Shown here in pieces: positions 1-9,485 of a stretch of DNA of 64,000 nucleotides. The notes beneath the pieces are model-generated. The model had not been told where the DNA came from and did no database searches. It saw only the letters and a list, made by a program, of their open reading frames with translations. A program made the position numbers and the translations under genes. Numbering within the stretch: the first letter of the stretch is position 1; every line of letters begins with the position of its first letter. The DNA lies in the IMG/VR virus record IMGVR_UViG_3300031951_000003, positions 1-64,000 of that record; one strand, 5' to 3'.

Positions 1-347
1 GTTCCAGAAGTTCCTGACGAACCACTTGAACCAGATGAGCCAGATGTTCCACTTGTTCCAGATGAGCCAGATGTTCCACTTGTTCCAGATGAACCTGAAC
101 TTCCAGATGAACCTGATGTTCCGCTTGTTCCAGATGTTCCATTAGTTCCAGAAGTTCCTGACGAACCACTTGAACCAGATGAGCCAGATGTTCCACTTGT
201 TCCAGATGAGCCAGATGTTCCACTTGTTCCAGATGAACCTGAACTTCCAGATGAACCTGATGTTCCGCTTGTTCCAGATGTTCCATTAGTTCCAGAAGTT
301 CCTGACGAACCACTTGAACCAGATGAGCCAGATGTTCCACTTGTCCC
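1..347. repeat. 144-bp tandem repeat (about 2.4 copies) inside the collagen-like gene
   Basis: gttccagaagttcctgacgaacc starts at 1, 145 and 289. Confidence 0.85.
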
Positions 348-3300
348 TGATGAACCTGATGTTCCACTTGTTCCTGATGAACCACTTGAACCTGATGAAC
401 CTGATGTTCCAGATGTTCCATTTGTTCCAGATGTTCCGCTTGAGCCTGAACTTCCCGAAGAACCTGATGTTCCGCTTGTTCCAGAAGAGCCCGATGTTCC
501 ACTTGTTCCTGATGAACCACTCGAACCTGAAGAACCTGATGTTCCGCTTGTTCCTGATGTTCCGTCAGTTCCACTTGAACCTGAACTACCTGAAGAACCC
601 GAAGTTCCGCTTGTCCCTGAACTACCTGAAGAACCTGAAGTTCCGCTAGTTCCACTCGAACCTGAACTTCCCGAAGAACCTGAAGTTCCGCTAGTTCCAG
701 ATGTTCCGTTTGTTCCAGATGTTCCGCTTGAACCTGAACTTCCACTTGAACCAGATGTTCCACTTGTTCCCGATGAACCCGATGTTCCAGACGTTCCAGA
801 AGAACCTGAGCTTCCTGAAGAACCTGAAGTTCCGCTAGTTCCAGATGTTCCGTTTGTTCCACTTGTTCCAGAAGAGCCTGAGGAACCACTTGAGCCTGAG
901 GTTCCAGATGAACCTGATGTTCCGCTTGTTCCAGAAGAGCCAGATGAACCACTTGAACCAGATGTTCCACTTGTTCCAGATGTTCCGTTCGTTCCAGATG
1001 TTCCTGATGAACCACTTGAACCGCTTGAACCAGATGTTCCACTAGTACCAGAGGAGCCTGATGTTCCACTTGTGCCCGATGAACCTGAACTACCAGAAGA
1101 ACCTGATGTTCCGCTAGTTCCAGATGTACCATTTGTGCCAGATGTTCCGCTCGAACCTGAGCTACCCGAAGAACCTGATGTCCCTGAAGAACCTGAAGTT
1201 CCACTTGTTCCCGATGAACCAGATGAGCCACTAGAGCCAGATGTTCCGCTTGTTCCCGATGTTCCGTTTGTTCCAGAAGTCCCAGATGAACCACTTGAAC
1301 CTGAAGAACCTGAAGTTCCGCTCGTTCCCGAAGAACCTGAAGAACCTGATGTTCCGCTAGTTCCAGATGAACCACTTGAACCTGAAGAACCTGAAGTTCC
1401 GCTAGTTCCAGAAGTTCCATTTGTTCCAGATGTTCCTGAAGAACCTGAACTTCCACTCGAACCAGATGTTCCTGATGTTCCAGATGAACCAGATGTTCCA
1501 CTTGTGCCTGATGAACCTGAGCTACCCGAAGAACCTGAAGTTCCACTTGTTCCTGATGTCCCAGAAGTTCCATTTGTTCCAGAGGTTCCTGATGAACCTG
1601 AGCTACCACTTGAACCTGATGTCCCTGAAGAGCCAGATGTTCCGCTTGTTCCTGATGAACCACTTGAACCTGACGAACCTGATGTTCCACTTGTTCCCGA
1701 TGTTCCGTTTGTTCCTGAGGTCCCTGATGAACCGCTTGAACCAGATGAGCCTGATGTTCCACTTGTTCCAGAAGAACCTGATGTTCCACTTGTTCCAGAA
1801 GAACCTGAAGAACCGCTTGAACCTGATGTCCCTGAAGAGCCAGATGTTCCACTTGTTCCGGAAGAACCTGAAGAACCACTCGAGCCTGAAGTTCCGGAAG
1901 AACCTGATGTTCCAGAAGAACCTGAAGTTCCAGATGAACCTGAAGTTCCAGATGAACCGTTTCCACCTGTTGCACCATCCAAATTGGTTGTCCAACTATT
2001 GAATGTTCCTGTTCCGTTTATTTCCAACACATATAATGTCAATGCTCCTGTCGAAGAATCATAACTTACAACATCTCCATGGAAGTGATTTGCTAATGAA
2101 TTAGAAACAATAAGATGTTGTGCAATTGTATATGATAAACCAGTGCTTGTTGTTAAAGAAGTATTAGCACTTAACGTTAGTGTTGATAAATCAATTGATG
2201 TTGTTGAAGTTCCACTGTATTGTGCACTAATTCCTGATGTTCCAGATGTTCCGTTCGTTCCAGATGTTCCTGATGAGCCACTCGAACCAGATGAACCCGA
2301 TGTTCCGCTAGTTCCTGATGAACCAGATGTTCCGCTAGTTCCAGATGAACCTGAACTTCCTGATGAACCTGAAGTTCCACTCGTCCCAGATGTTCCATCT
2401 GTTCCAGATGTTCCTGAAGAACCACTCGAACCTGATGAACCTGAAGTTCCACTTGTTCCTGAACTACCTGAAGAACCTGAAGTTCCACTTGTCCCTGAAG
2501 AACCAGATGAACCACTTGAACCTGAAGTCCCACTAGTTCCTGATGTTCCATTTGTTCCAGATGTCCCACTCGAGCCTGAACTTCCGCTTGAACCCGATGT
2601 TCCTGAAGAGCCAGATGTTCCGCTAGTCCCAGATGAACCTGAACTTCCCGAAGAACCTGATGTTCCACTTGTTCCAGATGTCCCATCTGTTCCAGATGTT
2701 CCTGATGAACCTGAGCTACCCGAAGAACCAGATGTTCCTGATGAACCAGATGTTCCACTTGTCCCTGATGAACCAGATGAACCGCTCGAACCTGAAGTTC
2801 CGCTTGTTCCTGATGTTCCATCAGTTCCACTTATTCCTGAAGAACCACTTGTTCCCGAACTTCCTGATGAACCATCAAGGCCATTTAATAAAATCCAACC
2901 ACTAAGTGAAGATGGTTCATTTGTATTATTATTTATAGTTGATTGGTATGAAAATAAACCATCTATAACCATATCGCCATCCATATAAGTTGTTCCCGAT
3001 ACATAAGCTCCTTTGAATGGAGATGTTCCTGATGAACCTGAAGTTCCAGATGAGCCACTTGTTCCTGATGTTCCGTTTACTCCACTTAATCCACTAGAAC
3101 CACTCGAGCCTGATGTCCCATCAGTCCCTGAAGAACCACTTGAACCTGATGTTCCGTCTATTCCACTAGTTCCAGAAGAACCTGATGTTCCACTTGAGCC
3201 TGAAGAACCTGAGCTACCAGATGAACCTGATGTTCCACTTGTGCCTGAAGAACCTGAGCTACCAGATGAACCTGATGTTCCACTTGTTCCTGAACTACCA

Positions 3301-5417
3301 TCTGTTCCACTTGAGCCTGAAGAACCTGAGCTACCAGATGAACCTGATGTTCCACTAGTTCCTGATGAACCACTTGAACCTGAGGTTCCGCTAGTTCCCG
3401 AAGTGCCGTCTGTCCCACTTGAGCCAGATGAACCTGAAGTTCCACTAGTTCCCGAAGTGCCGTCTGTCCCACTTGTTCCAGAAGAACCTGATGTTCCACT
3501 TGTGCCTGAAGAACCACTTGAACCTGATGTTCCGTCTATTCCACTAGTTCCAGAAGAACCTGATGTTCCACTTGAGCCTGAAGAACCTGAGCTACCAGAT
3601 GAACCTGATGTTCCACTAGTTCCTGAAGAACCATCTGTTCCACTGGAACCAGATGAACCTGATGTTCCACTAGTTCCTGAAGAACCATCTGTTCCACTAG
3701 AACCAGATGAACCTGATGTTCCACTTGTGCCTGAAGAACCTGAGCTACCAGATGAACCCGATGTTCCACTAGTTCCTGAAGTTCCGTCCATTCCGCTAGT
3801 TCCTGAAGAACCACTTGAACCTGATGTTCCGCTAGTTCCCGAAGTGCCGTCTGTCCCACTTGAGCCAGATGAACCTGAAGTTCCACTAGTTCCCGAAGTG
3901 CCGTCTGTCCCACTTGTTCCAGAAGAACCTGATGTTCCACTTGTGCCTGAAGAACCACTTGAACCTGATGTCCCACTTGTTCCTGAAGTGCCGTCTATTC
4001 CGCTAGTTCCTGAACTACCGTCTGTTCCACTTGAGCCTGAAGAACCTGAGCTACCAGATGAACCTGATGTTCCACTAGTTCCTGAAGAACCATCTGTTCC
4101 ACTGGAACCAGATGAACCTGATGTTCCACTAGTTCCTGAAGAACCATCTGTTCCACTAGAACCAGATGAACCTGATGTTCCACTTGTGCCTGAAGAACCT
4201 GAGCTACCAGATGAACCCGATGTTCCACTAGTTCCTGAAGTTCCGTCCATTCCGCTAGTTCCTGAAGAACCACTTGAACCTGATGTTCCGCTAGTTCCTG
4301 AAGTTCCATCAATACCACTAGTTCCTGAAGTTCCATCAATACCACTAGTTCCTGAAGAACCTGATGTTCCATCGATACCACTTGTTCCAGAAGTTCCATC
4401 TAATCCGCTTGTTCCTGAAGTTCCATCAATACCACTAGTTCCTGAAGTTCCATCGATACCACTTGTTCCTGATGAACCTGATGTTCCATCGATACCACTT
4501 GTTCCTGATGAACCTGATGTTCCACTTGTTCCCGACGAACCACTTGAGCCTGAAGTTCCACTAATTCCTGAAGTTCCAGATGTTCCGTCTATTCCGCTAG
4601 TCCCAGATGTTCCGTCTATTCCGCTAGTCCCAGATGTTCCGTCTATTCCGCTAGTTCCTGATGTTCCATCTGTTCCACTGGAACCAGATGAACCTGATGT
4701 TCCACTAGTTCCTGAAGAACCATCTGTTCCACTAGAACCAGATGAACCTGAAGAACCTGATGTCCCATCAATTCCACTTGTTCCTGATGTCCCATCAATT
4801 CCACTAGTCCCTGATGTTCCGTCTAAACCGCTTGTTCCAGAAGAACCAGATGTTCCATCTAATCCACTTGTTCCTGATGTCCCATCAATTCCACTAGTTC
4901 CTGAGGTTCCATCAATTCCACTAGTTCCTGAGGTTCCATCTATGCCACTTGAACCAGACGTTCCGTCTACTCCACTTGTTCCTGAAGTGCCATCTATTCC
5001 AGATGTTCCACTCGAACCAGAAGTTCCGGATGTTCCGTCTAATCCGCTTGTTCCTGAAGTTCCATCAATTCCACTAGTTCCTGATGTTCCGTCTATTCCG
5101 CTAGTTCCAGAAGAGCCTGATGTTCCGTCTAAACCACTTGTTCCTGAAGTGCCATCTACCCCAGATGTTCCACTCGAACCAGAAGTTCCGTTGATACCAC
5201 TTGAGCCAGAAGTCCCGTCGATTCCTGATGAACCACTTGAACCAGATGTTCCACTAGTCCCTGATGTTCCTCCTGTTATACTTTCCGTCAAGGCTGAAAA
5301 CGTAATTTGCCCCGAAGTTCCTGATGTGCCTCCAGTATAGTCTGTAACTATATATAACCTATCGTCTGGGGCTGCCGATAGGACTATAGGTAAATCCGTT
5401 ATTCTTGTTGTTGCCAT
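1..5417 (-). CDS. Giant collagen-like (Gly-X-X, Ser/Thr-rich) fibre protein, >1805 aa, 3' end outside the window; absent from the ORF track
   Basis: ATG at 5417. Hand translation gives MATTRITDLPIVLSAAPDDRLYIVTDY... then GTS/GSS/GID/GLD/GTN triplets. The frame is the same at base 3-5 and stays open through the non-repeat inserts at about 2877-3020 and 1970-2230. Pro at every third residue of the + strand shadow ORFs implies Gly at every third codon on the - strand. TATTTAT lies 5 nt upstream of the ATG. Confidence 0.92.
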   Translation of the reverse strand, partial: MATTRITDLPIVLSAAPDDRLYIVTDYTGGTSGTSGQITFSALTESITGGTSGTSGTSGSSGSSGIDGTSGSSGINGTSGSSGTSGVDGTSGTSGLDGTSGSSGTSGIDGTSGTSGIDGTSGTSGLDGTSGTSGSSGTSGIDGTSGTSGVDGTSGSSGIDGTSGTSGIDGTSGTSGIDGTSGTSGLDGTSGSSGTSGLDGTSGTSGIDGTSGTSGIDGTSGSSGSSGSSGTDGSSGTSGTSGSSGSSGTDGTSGTSGIDGTSGTSGIDGTSGTSGIDGTSGTSGISGTSGSSGSSGTSGTSGSSGTSGIDGTSGSSGTSGIDGTSGTSGIDGTSGTSGLDGTSGTSGIDGTSGSSGTSGIDGTSGTSGIDGTSGTSGTSGSSGSSGTSGMDGTSGTSGTSGSSGSSGSSGTSGTSGSSGSSGTDGSSGTSGTSGSSGSSGTDGSSGTSGTSGSSGSSGSSGSSGTDGSSGTSGIDGTSGTSGTSGSSGSSGTSGTSGSSGTSGTDGTSGTSGTSGSSGSSGTDGTSGTSGTSGSSGSSGTSGMDGTSGTSGTSGSSGSSGSSGTSGTSGSSGSSGTDGSSGTSGTSGSSGSSGTDGSSGTSGTSGSSGSSGSSGSSGTSGSSGTSGIDGTSGSSGSSGTSGTSGSSGTSGTDGTSGTSGTSGSSGSSGTDGTSGTSGTSGSSGSSGTSGTSGSSGSSGSSGSSGTDGSSGTSGTSGSSGSSGSSGTSGTSGSSGSSGSSGSSGTSGSSGTSGIDGTSGSSGSSGTDGTSGSSGSSGLSGVNGTSGTSGSSGTSGSSGTSPFKGAYVSGTTYMDGDMVIDGLFSYQSTINNNTNEPSSLSGWILLNGLDGSSGSSGTSGSSGISGTDGTSGTSGTSGSSGSSGSSGTSGTSGSSGTSGSSGSSGSSGTSGTDGTSGTSGTSGSSGSSGSSGTSGTSGSSGTSGSSGSSGSSGTSGTNGTSGTSGTSGSSGSSGSSGTSGTSGSSGSSGTSGTSGSSGSSGSSGTSGTDGTSGTSGTSGSSGSSGSSGTSGTSGSSGTSGTSGSSGSSGSSGTSGTNGTSGTSGISAQYSGTSTTSIDLSTLTLSANTSLTTSTGLSYTIAQHLIVSNSLANHFHGDVVSYDSSTGALTLYVLEINGTGTFNSWTTNLDGATGGNGSSGTSGSSGTSGSSGTSGSSGTSGSSGSSGSSGTSGTSGSSGTSGSSGSSGSSGTSGTSGSSGTSGTSGSSGSSGSSGTSGTNGTSGTSGTSGSSGSSGSSGTSGTSGSSGTSGSSGSSGSSGTSGTNGTSGTSGTSGTSGSSGSSGSSGTSGTSGSSGTSGTSGSSGSSGSSGTSGTNGTSGTSGTSGSSGSSGSSGTSGTSGSSGSSGTSGTSGSSGSSGSSGTSGTNGTSGTSGTSGSSGSSGSSGTSGTSGSSGTSGSSGSSGSSGTSGTNGTSGTSGTSGSSGSSGSSGTSGTSGSSGTSGTSGSSGSSGSSGTSGTNGTSGTSGTSGSSGSSGSSGTSGTSGSSGTSGSSGSSGSSGTSGTNGTSGTSGTSGSSGSSGSSGTSGTSGSSGTSGTSGSSGSSGSSGTSGTNGTSGTSGTSGSSGSSGSSGTSGTSGSSGSSGTSGTSGSSGSSGSSGTDGTSGTSGTSGSSGSSGSSGTSGTSGSSGTSGTSGSSGSSGSSGTSGTNGTSGTSGSSGSSGSSGTSGTSGSSGTSGTSGSSGSSGSSGTSGTNGTSGTSGTSGSSGSSGSSGTSGTSGSSGTSGTSGSSGSSGSSGTSGTNGTSGTSGTSGSSGSSGSSGTSGTSGSSGTSGTSGSSGSSGSSGTSG
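3127..4298. repeat. Nested exact internal duplications in the collagen-like gene
   Basis: 3565-3839 = 4024-4298 (offset 459); 3385-3530 = 3826-3971 (offset 441); about 3127-3238 = 3505-3616 (offset 378). Confidence 0.8.
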
Positions 5418-5422
5418 AGCTT

Positions 5423-5429
5423 ATAAATA
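5423..5429 (-). promoter_or_regulatory. TATTTAT upstream element (putative phage late promoter)
   Basis: 5 nt before the collagen-like gene ATG. Confidence 0.65.
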
Positions 5430-5455
5430 TTTTCTATTAATCTTTTTTATTTGGT

Positions 5456-6943
5456 TTAACATGGTTGCCATAGTCCTCCGACAACAAATCCATCACTATC
5501 TATTTGCCAATATCCTGTGAGAGAGTCGGTGCTGTTGGTATACCAATAATTATTCCCGTTGAAAGGCGTATTGAATGAACTGTCTGCAAAGAATCTCGTT
5601 GCACTATACCAATCATTCGATGGACTGTAAATTGTTTGACCCAACGTTTGTGGGTCTATACATATTGGTTGTGTTGTTTCCCCTGATGAAACTAAGAATG
5701 ATGTAATTTCTTGTTGAGCACCAATTGGGTCACCATTTTGAGCAATTAATTCTTGACCATCTTGAGTTATAATTAAAATCTCAAATACGGATGGAGTTGC
5801 TGTTGGTGAAGGAGTAAACGAAGGGGTTGGTGTATTAGTTTCTGTTGGAGTTGGTGTGTTAGTTTCTGTTGGAGTTGGTGTGTTAGTTTCTGTTGGAGTA
5901 GGAGTCGGAGATATCAAACATCCGTTAGGGTCCGAACTTGTGATTAGACCTGCTCCGCCTGTAACTCTATACCAAGCAACACCGTTGGAATAGTATCCGT
6001 CAGGTGCTGGTGTTGTAAGAGCCGAATCAGTATATAAAGTTTCCCCAATGTTAGGTCCAGGTCCATCTCCAGGTCCACTGTAGAAGTTAGTTGGTGATGA
6101 GTAAAAATTACCACACGATGTTAATGAGCTAGATAAATCATAACCTAATGAATATTCCCAATATGCTCTTGAAGCTGTAGGTGTTGTTGTCGGTGTTGCG
6201 GTTGGAGTTTCAGTTTGCGTAGGTGTTTGTGTTGGAGTCTCAGTATTTGTTGGGGTTGGAGTCTCTGTAGGCGTCTCGCTTGGTGTTACAGATGGTGTTG
6301 GTGTGTTAGTTTCAGTTGGAGTTTGAGTTGGTGTCTCACCAGGTGTTGCGGTAGGTGATTCTGTAGGTGTTTGTGATGGGGTTTCGGTTGGAGTTCCCGT
6401 CTGTGTTGGTGTAGGAGTTTCAGAAGTAGAAGGGGTCGGTGTAGGAGTTGTTGTTGGTGTCTCCGTTTGTGTTGGGGTCGGCGATTCTGTTGCAGTTGGT
6501 GTTTGACCAGGGCTTGCAGTTATACTTGGAGTTGGTGTTTGTGTCTGAGTTTCAGTTGGAGTTTGTGTTGGAGTCTCTGAAGTTGTTGGAGTCTGTGTTG
6601 TTGTTGGTGTTTCTGTAGGTGTAGAATTAGGGGTTCCTGTATTTGTTGGTGTAGGTGTAAACGTAGGTGTTACAGTAGGAGTAGGTGTAGGTGTAGGGGT
6701 AACGCATTCAAATGTAATAACAACTCCGTTGAACATTTCGGTTCTTGTCTGTGCAGAGGCATAAAGAGTTGCGGCTGAAAGGTAGGTCGAAGTCCCATAA
6801 TAGATATCGAATGGACCTAAGGCATTAGAATTCTGAGATAATCTTACAATGTAAGTGACACATCCCGTAACCGAGACCTGTTGCGTAACTACTGTATTAC
6901 AACCTTCAGCAGTATTGACACAAAAAATATTATAAAGGGACAT
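5456..6943 (-). CDS. Pro/Thr-rich stalk virion/adhesin protein with two related small aromatic- and Cys-containing domains
   Basis: ORF track 495 aa. Long (PT)n/TETPT tracts separate a small N-terminal domain from the domains ...[28 protein letters not shown]... and ...[19 protein letters not shown]...YWQIDSDG. Confidence 0.75.
   Translation of the reverse strand: MSLYNIFCVNTAEGCNTVVTQQVSVTGCVTYIVRLSQNSNALGPFDIYYGTSTYLSAATLYASAQTRTEMFNGVVITFECVTPTPTPTPTVTPTFTPTPTNTGTPNSTPTETPTTTQTPTTSETPTQTPTETQTQTPTPSITASPGQTPTATESPTPTQTETPTTTPTPTPSTSETPTPTQTGTPTETPSQTPTESPTATPGETPTQTPTETNTPTPSVTPSETPTETPTPTNTETPTQTPTQTETPTATPTTTPTASRAYWEYSLGYDLSSSLTSCGNFYSSPTNFYSGPGDGPGPNIGETLYTDSALTTPAPDGYYSNGVAWYRVTGGAGLITSSDPNGCLISPTPTPTETNTPTPTETNTPTPTETNTPTPSFTPSPTATPSVFEILIITQDGQELIAQNGDPIGAQQEITSFLVSSGETTQPICIDPQTLGQTIYSPSNDWYSATRFFADSSFNTPFNGNNYWYTNSTDSLTGYWQIDSDGFVVGGLWQPC
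5826..5900. repeat. 24-bp tandem repeat (3 copies) encoding PTPTETNT
   Basis: Unit gttggagttggtgtgttagtttct repeated directly. Confidence 0.8.
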
Positions 6944-6957
6944 CCGCGGTTTTTTTA

Positions 6958-6964
6958 ATAAATA
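6958..6964 (-). promoter_or_regulatory. TATTTAT upstream element
   Basis: 14 nt before ATG 6943. Confidence 0.65.
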
Positions 6965-7015
6965 CCACGATTATCTATTTGAATATCTCGAAACGAAAAA
7001 TTATTAAATACTTTA

Positions 7016-7342
7016 TCATGTACAAATAATATTGAATCCACATACAGCATTTTGAATGTCTATATTTACAACACAACTCTCGAGCTCAACTGTAATATTG
7101 AAAGTACAACCAAATGTACAATCTAGTATTTTTACTGACTCACATCCATTTGCATCAACCAAACGTAACATGATTTCAGGTGCGGTCTGAAATATTGTAG
7201 GAATAGTTGTATTGTAATAAACAGTTGGTGGAACTCCACTAATTGTACCAAGTAAAAACTGATTATTTCCGTATATGTCGGATATAAAAGCTTGTATTGG
7301 AAAAGTGCCCCCTGTGATTTCTGTTATTCTTACCTGAACCAT
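7016..7342 (-). CDS. Small hypothetical structural protein (single beta-sandwich, SprB-like C-terminal motif)
   Basis: The ATG at 7342 overlaps the upstream stop (TAATG) and is preferred over the track's TTG at 7354. Motif LRLVDANGCE. Confidence 0.7.
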   Translation of the reverse strand: MVQVRITEITGGTFPIQAFISDIYGNNQFLLGTISGVPPTVYYNTTIPTIFQTAPEIMLRLVDANGCESVKILDCTFGCTFNITVELESCVVNIDIQNAVCGFNIICT

Positions 7343-9480
7343 TATGTTAAACAAATTATATCATAAACAATCGACAACTCCACAACAATTTCTTGACCAT
7401 TCAATGAATTGTTTGCCGGGTTAGTTGCAATTGTTATTTGGTTGTTTATTTGGTCTATTGTTACAGTCAAAATTCCTGGTATGGAAAGTAGTAGACTCTT
7501 TATAGTATCATACCATAAATTATCACCCGGCGGATTGTTCAGAGTCGTTGCTGTGAAGAAAGTGCTTGATGCACTCAACCCCGCTGGGTTGACATTGACT
7601 TTAGCTGTGAATATTGCAGAAATCAAATCACAGTTTGTATTGTCTTGCGTCAAATCAGCGTAACCCTCGTTTAACATTTGTAGTAAACCGAGTTTAGTTG
7701 GGGAATCTATGTTAAAGATTTCTTCTCCCATAACATAACACTGATAAGATGTATAGTTGGTGTCACAGGTAATTGTTGTTGAGCGTGAAAGTGAACATCC
7801 ATTTGCATCAACAATAGAAAGACTGTATGTTCCTCCTGTCAAATTGTAAACTTCAATTTGTTGAGGGTTAGATGGGACGTTATTTGACCAATTGAATTGG
7901 AATGGTGGTGTGCCCGAAGTGATGAATGCGGTAATTTGACCATCGTTTCCTGAGCCACAATTAATACTATATAAACTAAAATCTAAGTTGTCTCCTTTTG
8001 GGATGAAAATTGTTTGAGTTTGTTGACATCCCGTTGAGTCAGTAACAGTAACAACATGGTTTCCAAAAGTTAAGTTATTAAATGTTACCGCTGTTAAATT
8101 TGTATCAACAACATTCAATATTCCATCAACTGAATAATCCAATGGTAGAGTATATCCTGGTGATGTAGTAATTCTTACACTTCCGTTGTTTTGATTACAC
8201 GTTGTTCCTGTGATTTCTGTTGAAAGTGTGAATTTATTAATTGCCAATATTATCACTTCTTGACTAAATTGGCATCCTGTAGAATCCTCAACAAATACTG
8301 AGTAAGTGTCCGCAGATAAATTCTCAAAGGTTTGAATTTGTTGTTGTCCTACAATAATTTTTTGGTTTCCTCCGTCGCCAACCAAGGTGTAGGTAAAGGG
8401 ACCTTGTCCTCCTATAACTGTGACAGTTATCAATCCATCATTACTTGAACAATAAGAATTAGTTCCAACAACACTTACAGAACTCATCCCGTTTGGTGTT
8501 AGTAAAGTAGTCCCCGTGAATATTTGACACAGTCCAGCATCTGTGACTGAGAAATTGTAATCACCAGCAGATAATCCTGATATCGTAAAATCTTGAGCAT
8601 ATGATATGAGAACTTGGCCTGTTGACGCGGAGTAATAATATGGTTGACTTCCACCTGTTATTGTGAGAGTAATTGAGCCATCGCTTTGGAAACAACTTGG
8701 ATTGGTTTCTGTTGTGAAAAACGCACCCATTTGGTCGACGTTGACGACAGCAGCATCTTTTATGTTTACACAACCAAAACCATCTTTAACTTCAACCGAA
8801 TATAATCCTTCAGTCAATCCTGTTGCAGTTGCACCTGTCTGACCATTAGACCACAAATAAGTAAAAGGTCCTTGTCCCGTTAGTCCCGTGACCATTATCT
8901 TACCAATCGGGGTTCCTCCACAACTCGAATTAGGTATGGAATATAAACCGTAGTTGGTGAGAAGAGATTGTTCAACGATAAAACTTTGGCTAAAACCTGA
9001 GCATCCACCTAAATCACTAACGGCCAAGTAATATGTTCCGGCCGAAAGATTTTCAAAAATTACGGTTGGGTTGCTTGAAAGGAAAGTTTGAACAAGTGTT
9101 CCGTCACCTGAGAAGACAGAATAATTTGCAGAAGAATAAATCGTATTAGAGGAACCAGTAACAGAACCATTGTTTTCAGCACAAGTGGTGTTCTGAACAC
9201 CGAGAACACTACAACACACTCCACTCGAAATAGGTATGTTAACATTAATTTCTTGATTTGTTGGTAAAGTGCTATCATTCACAGTCATTAGGACGACTGA
9301 ACTAAATAATCCTGATTTGGTTACTGGCGCATTTTCAGCTAATGTAACCGTCGGATAATAAGGGTCAACAAATTGGACGGTATATGGTTCTATACCACCT
9401 GAGAAAGAGATTTGGAATGCACCGCTTCCGTTATTTTGACAATCCCCTGTTACTAATAATGTATAATCAAATAATGCCAT
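7342..9480 (-). CDS. SprB-repeat-containing virion/adhesin protein
   Basis: About 7 repeats of the type DG.IT.T.TGG..PY.Y.WS......NL.AG.Y.V.V.D..GC, e.g. DGQITAFITSGTPPFQFNWSNN...NLTGGTYSLSIVDANGCS. Confidence 0.8.
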   Translation of the reverse strand: MALFDYTLLVTGDCQNNGSGAFQISFSGGIEPYTVQFVDPYYPTVTLAENAPVTKSGLFSSVVLMTVNDSTLPTNQEINVNIPISSGVCCSVLGVQNTTCAENNGSVTGSSNTIYSSANYSVFSGDGTLVQTFLSSNPTVIFENLSAGTYYLAVSDLGGCSGFSQSFIVEQSLLTNYGLYSIPNSSCGGTPIGKIMVTGLTGQGPFTYLWSNGQTGATATGLTEGLYSVEVKDGFGCVNIKDAAVVNVDQMGAFFTTETNPSCFQSDGSITLTITGGSQPYYYSASTGQVLISYAQDFTISGLSAGDYNFSVTDAGLCQIFTGTTLLTPNGMSSVSVVGTNSYCSSNDGLITVTVIGGQGPFTYTLVGDGGNQKIIVGQQQIQTFENLSADTYSVFVEDSTGCQFSQEVIILAINKFTLSTEITGTTCNQNNGSVRITTSPGYTLPLDYSVDGILNVVDTNLTAVTFNNLTFGNHVVTVTDSTGCQQTQTIFIPKGDNLDFSLYSINCGSGNDGQITAFITSGTPPFQFNWSNNVPSNPQQIEVYNLTGGTYSLSIVDANGCSLSRSTTITCDTNYTSYQCYVMGEEIFNIDSPTKLGLLQMLNEGYADLTQDNTNCDLISAIFTAKVNVNPAGLSASSTFFTATTLNNPPGDNLWYDTIKSLLLSIPGILTVTIDQINNQITIATNPANNSLNGQEIVVELSIVYDIICLT

Positions 9481-9485
9481 TCAAT

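Noticed and set aside
1-5300. Repeat region as a CRISPR array or satellite
   Set aside because: It has 9-nt coding periodicity with synonymous variation and no constant repeat / unique spacer structure.
314-5340. Long + strand Pro/Glu/Asp/Val ORFs (1072-2064, 2143-2988, 3013-5340) and the other repeat-region ORFs in the track
   Set aside because: They are shadows of the - strand Gly-X-X gene. They break at each non-repeat insert while the - frame stays open, and they lack a credible start or upstream element.
1-9480. Diversity-generating retroelement target/template repeats in the fibre genes
   Set aside because: The duplications are exact rather than adenine-specific variants, and there is no reverse transcriptase in the window.
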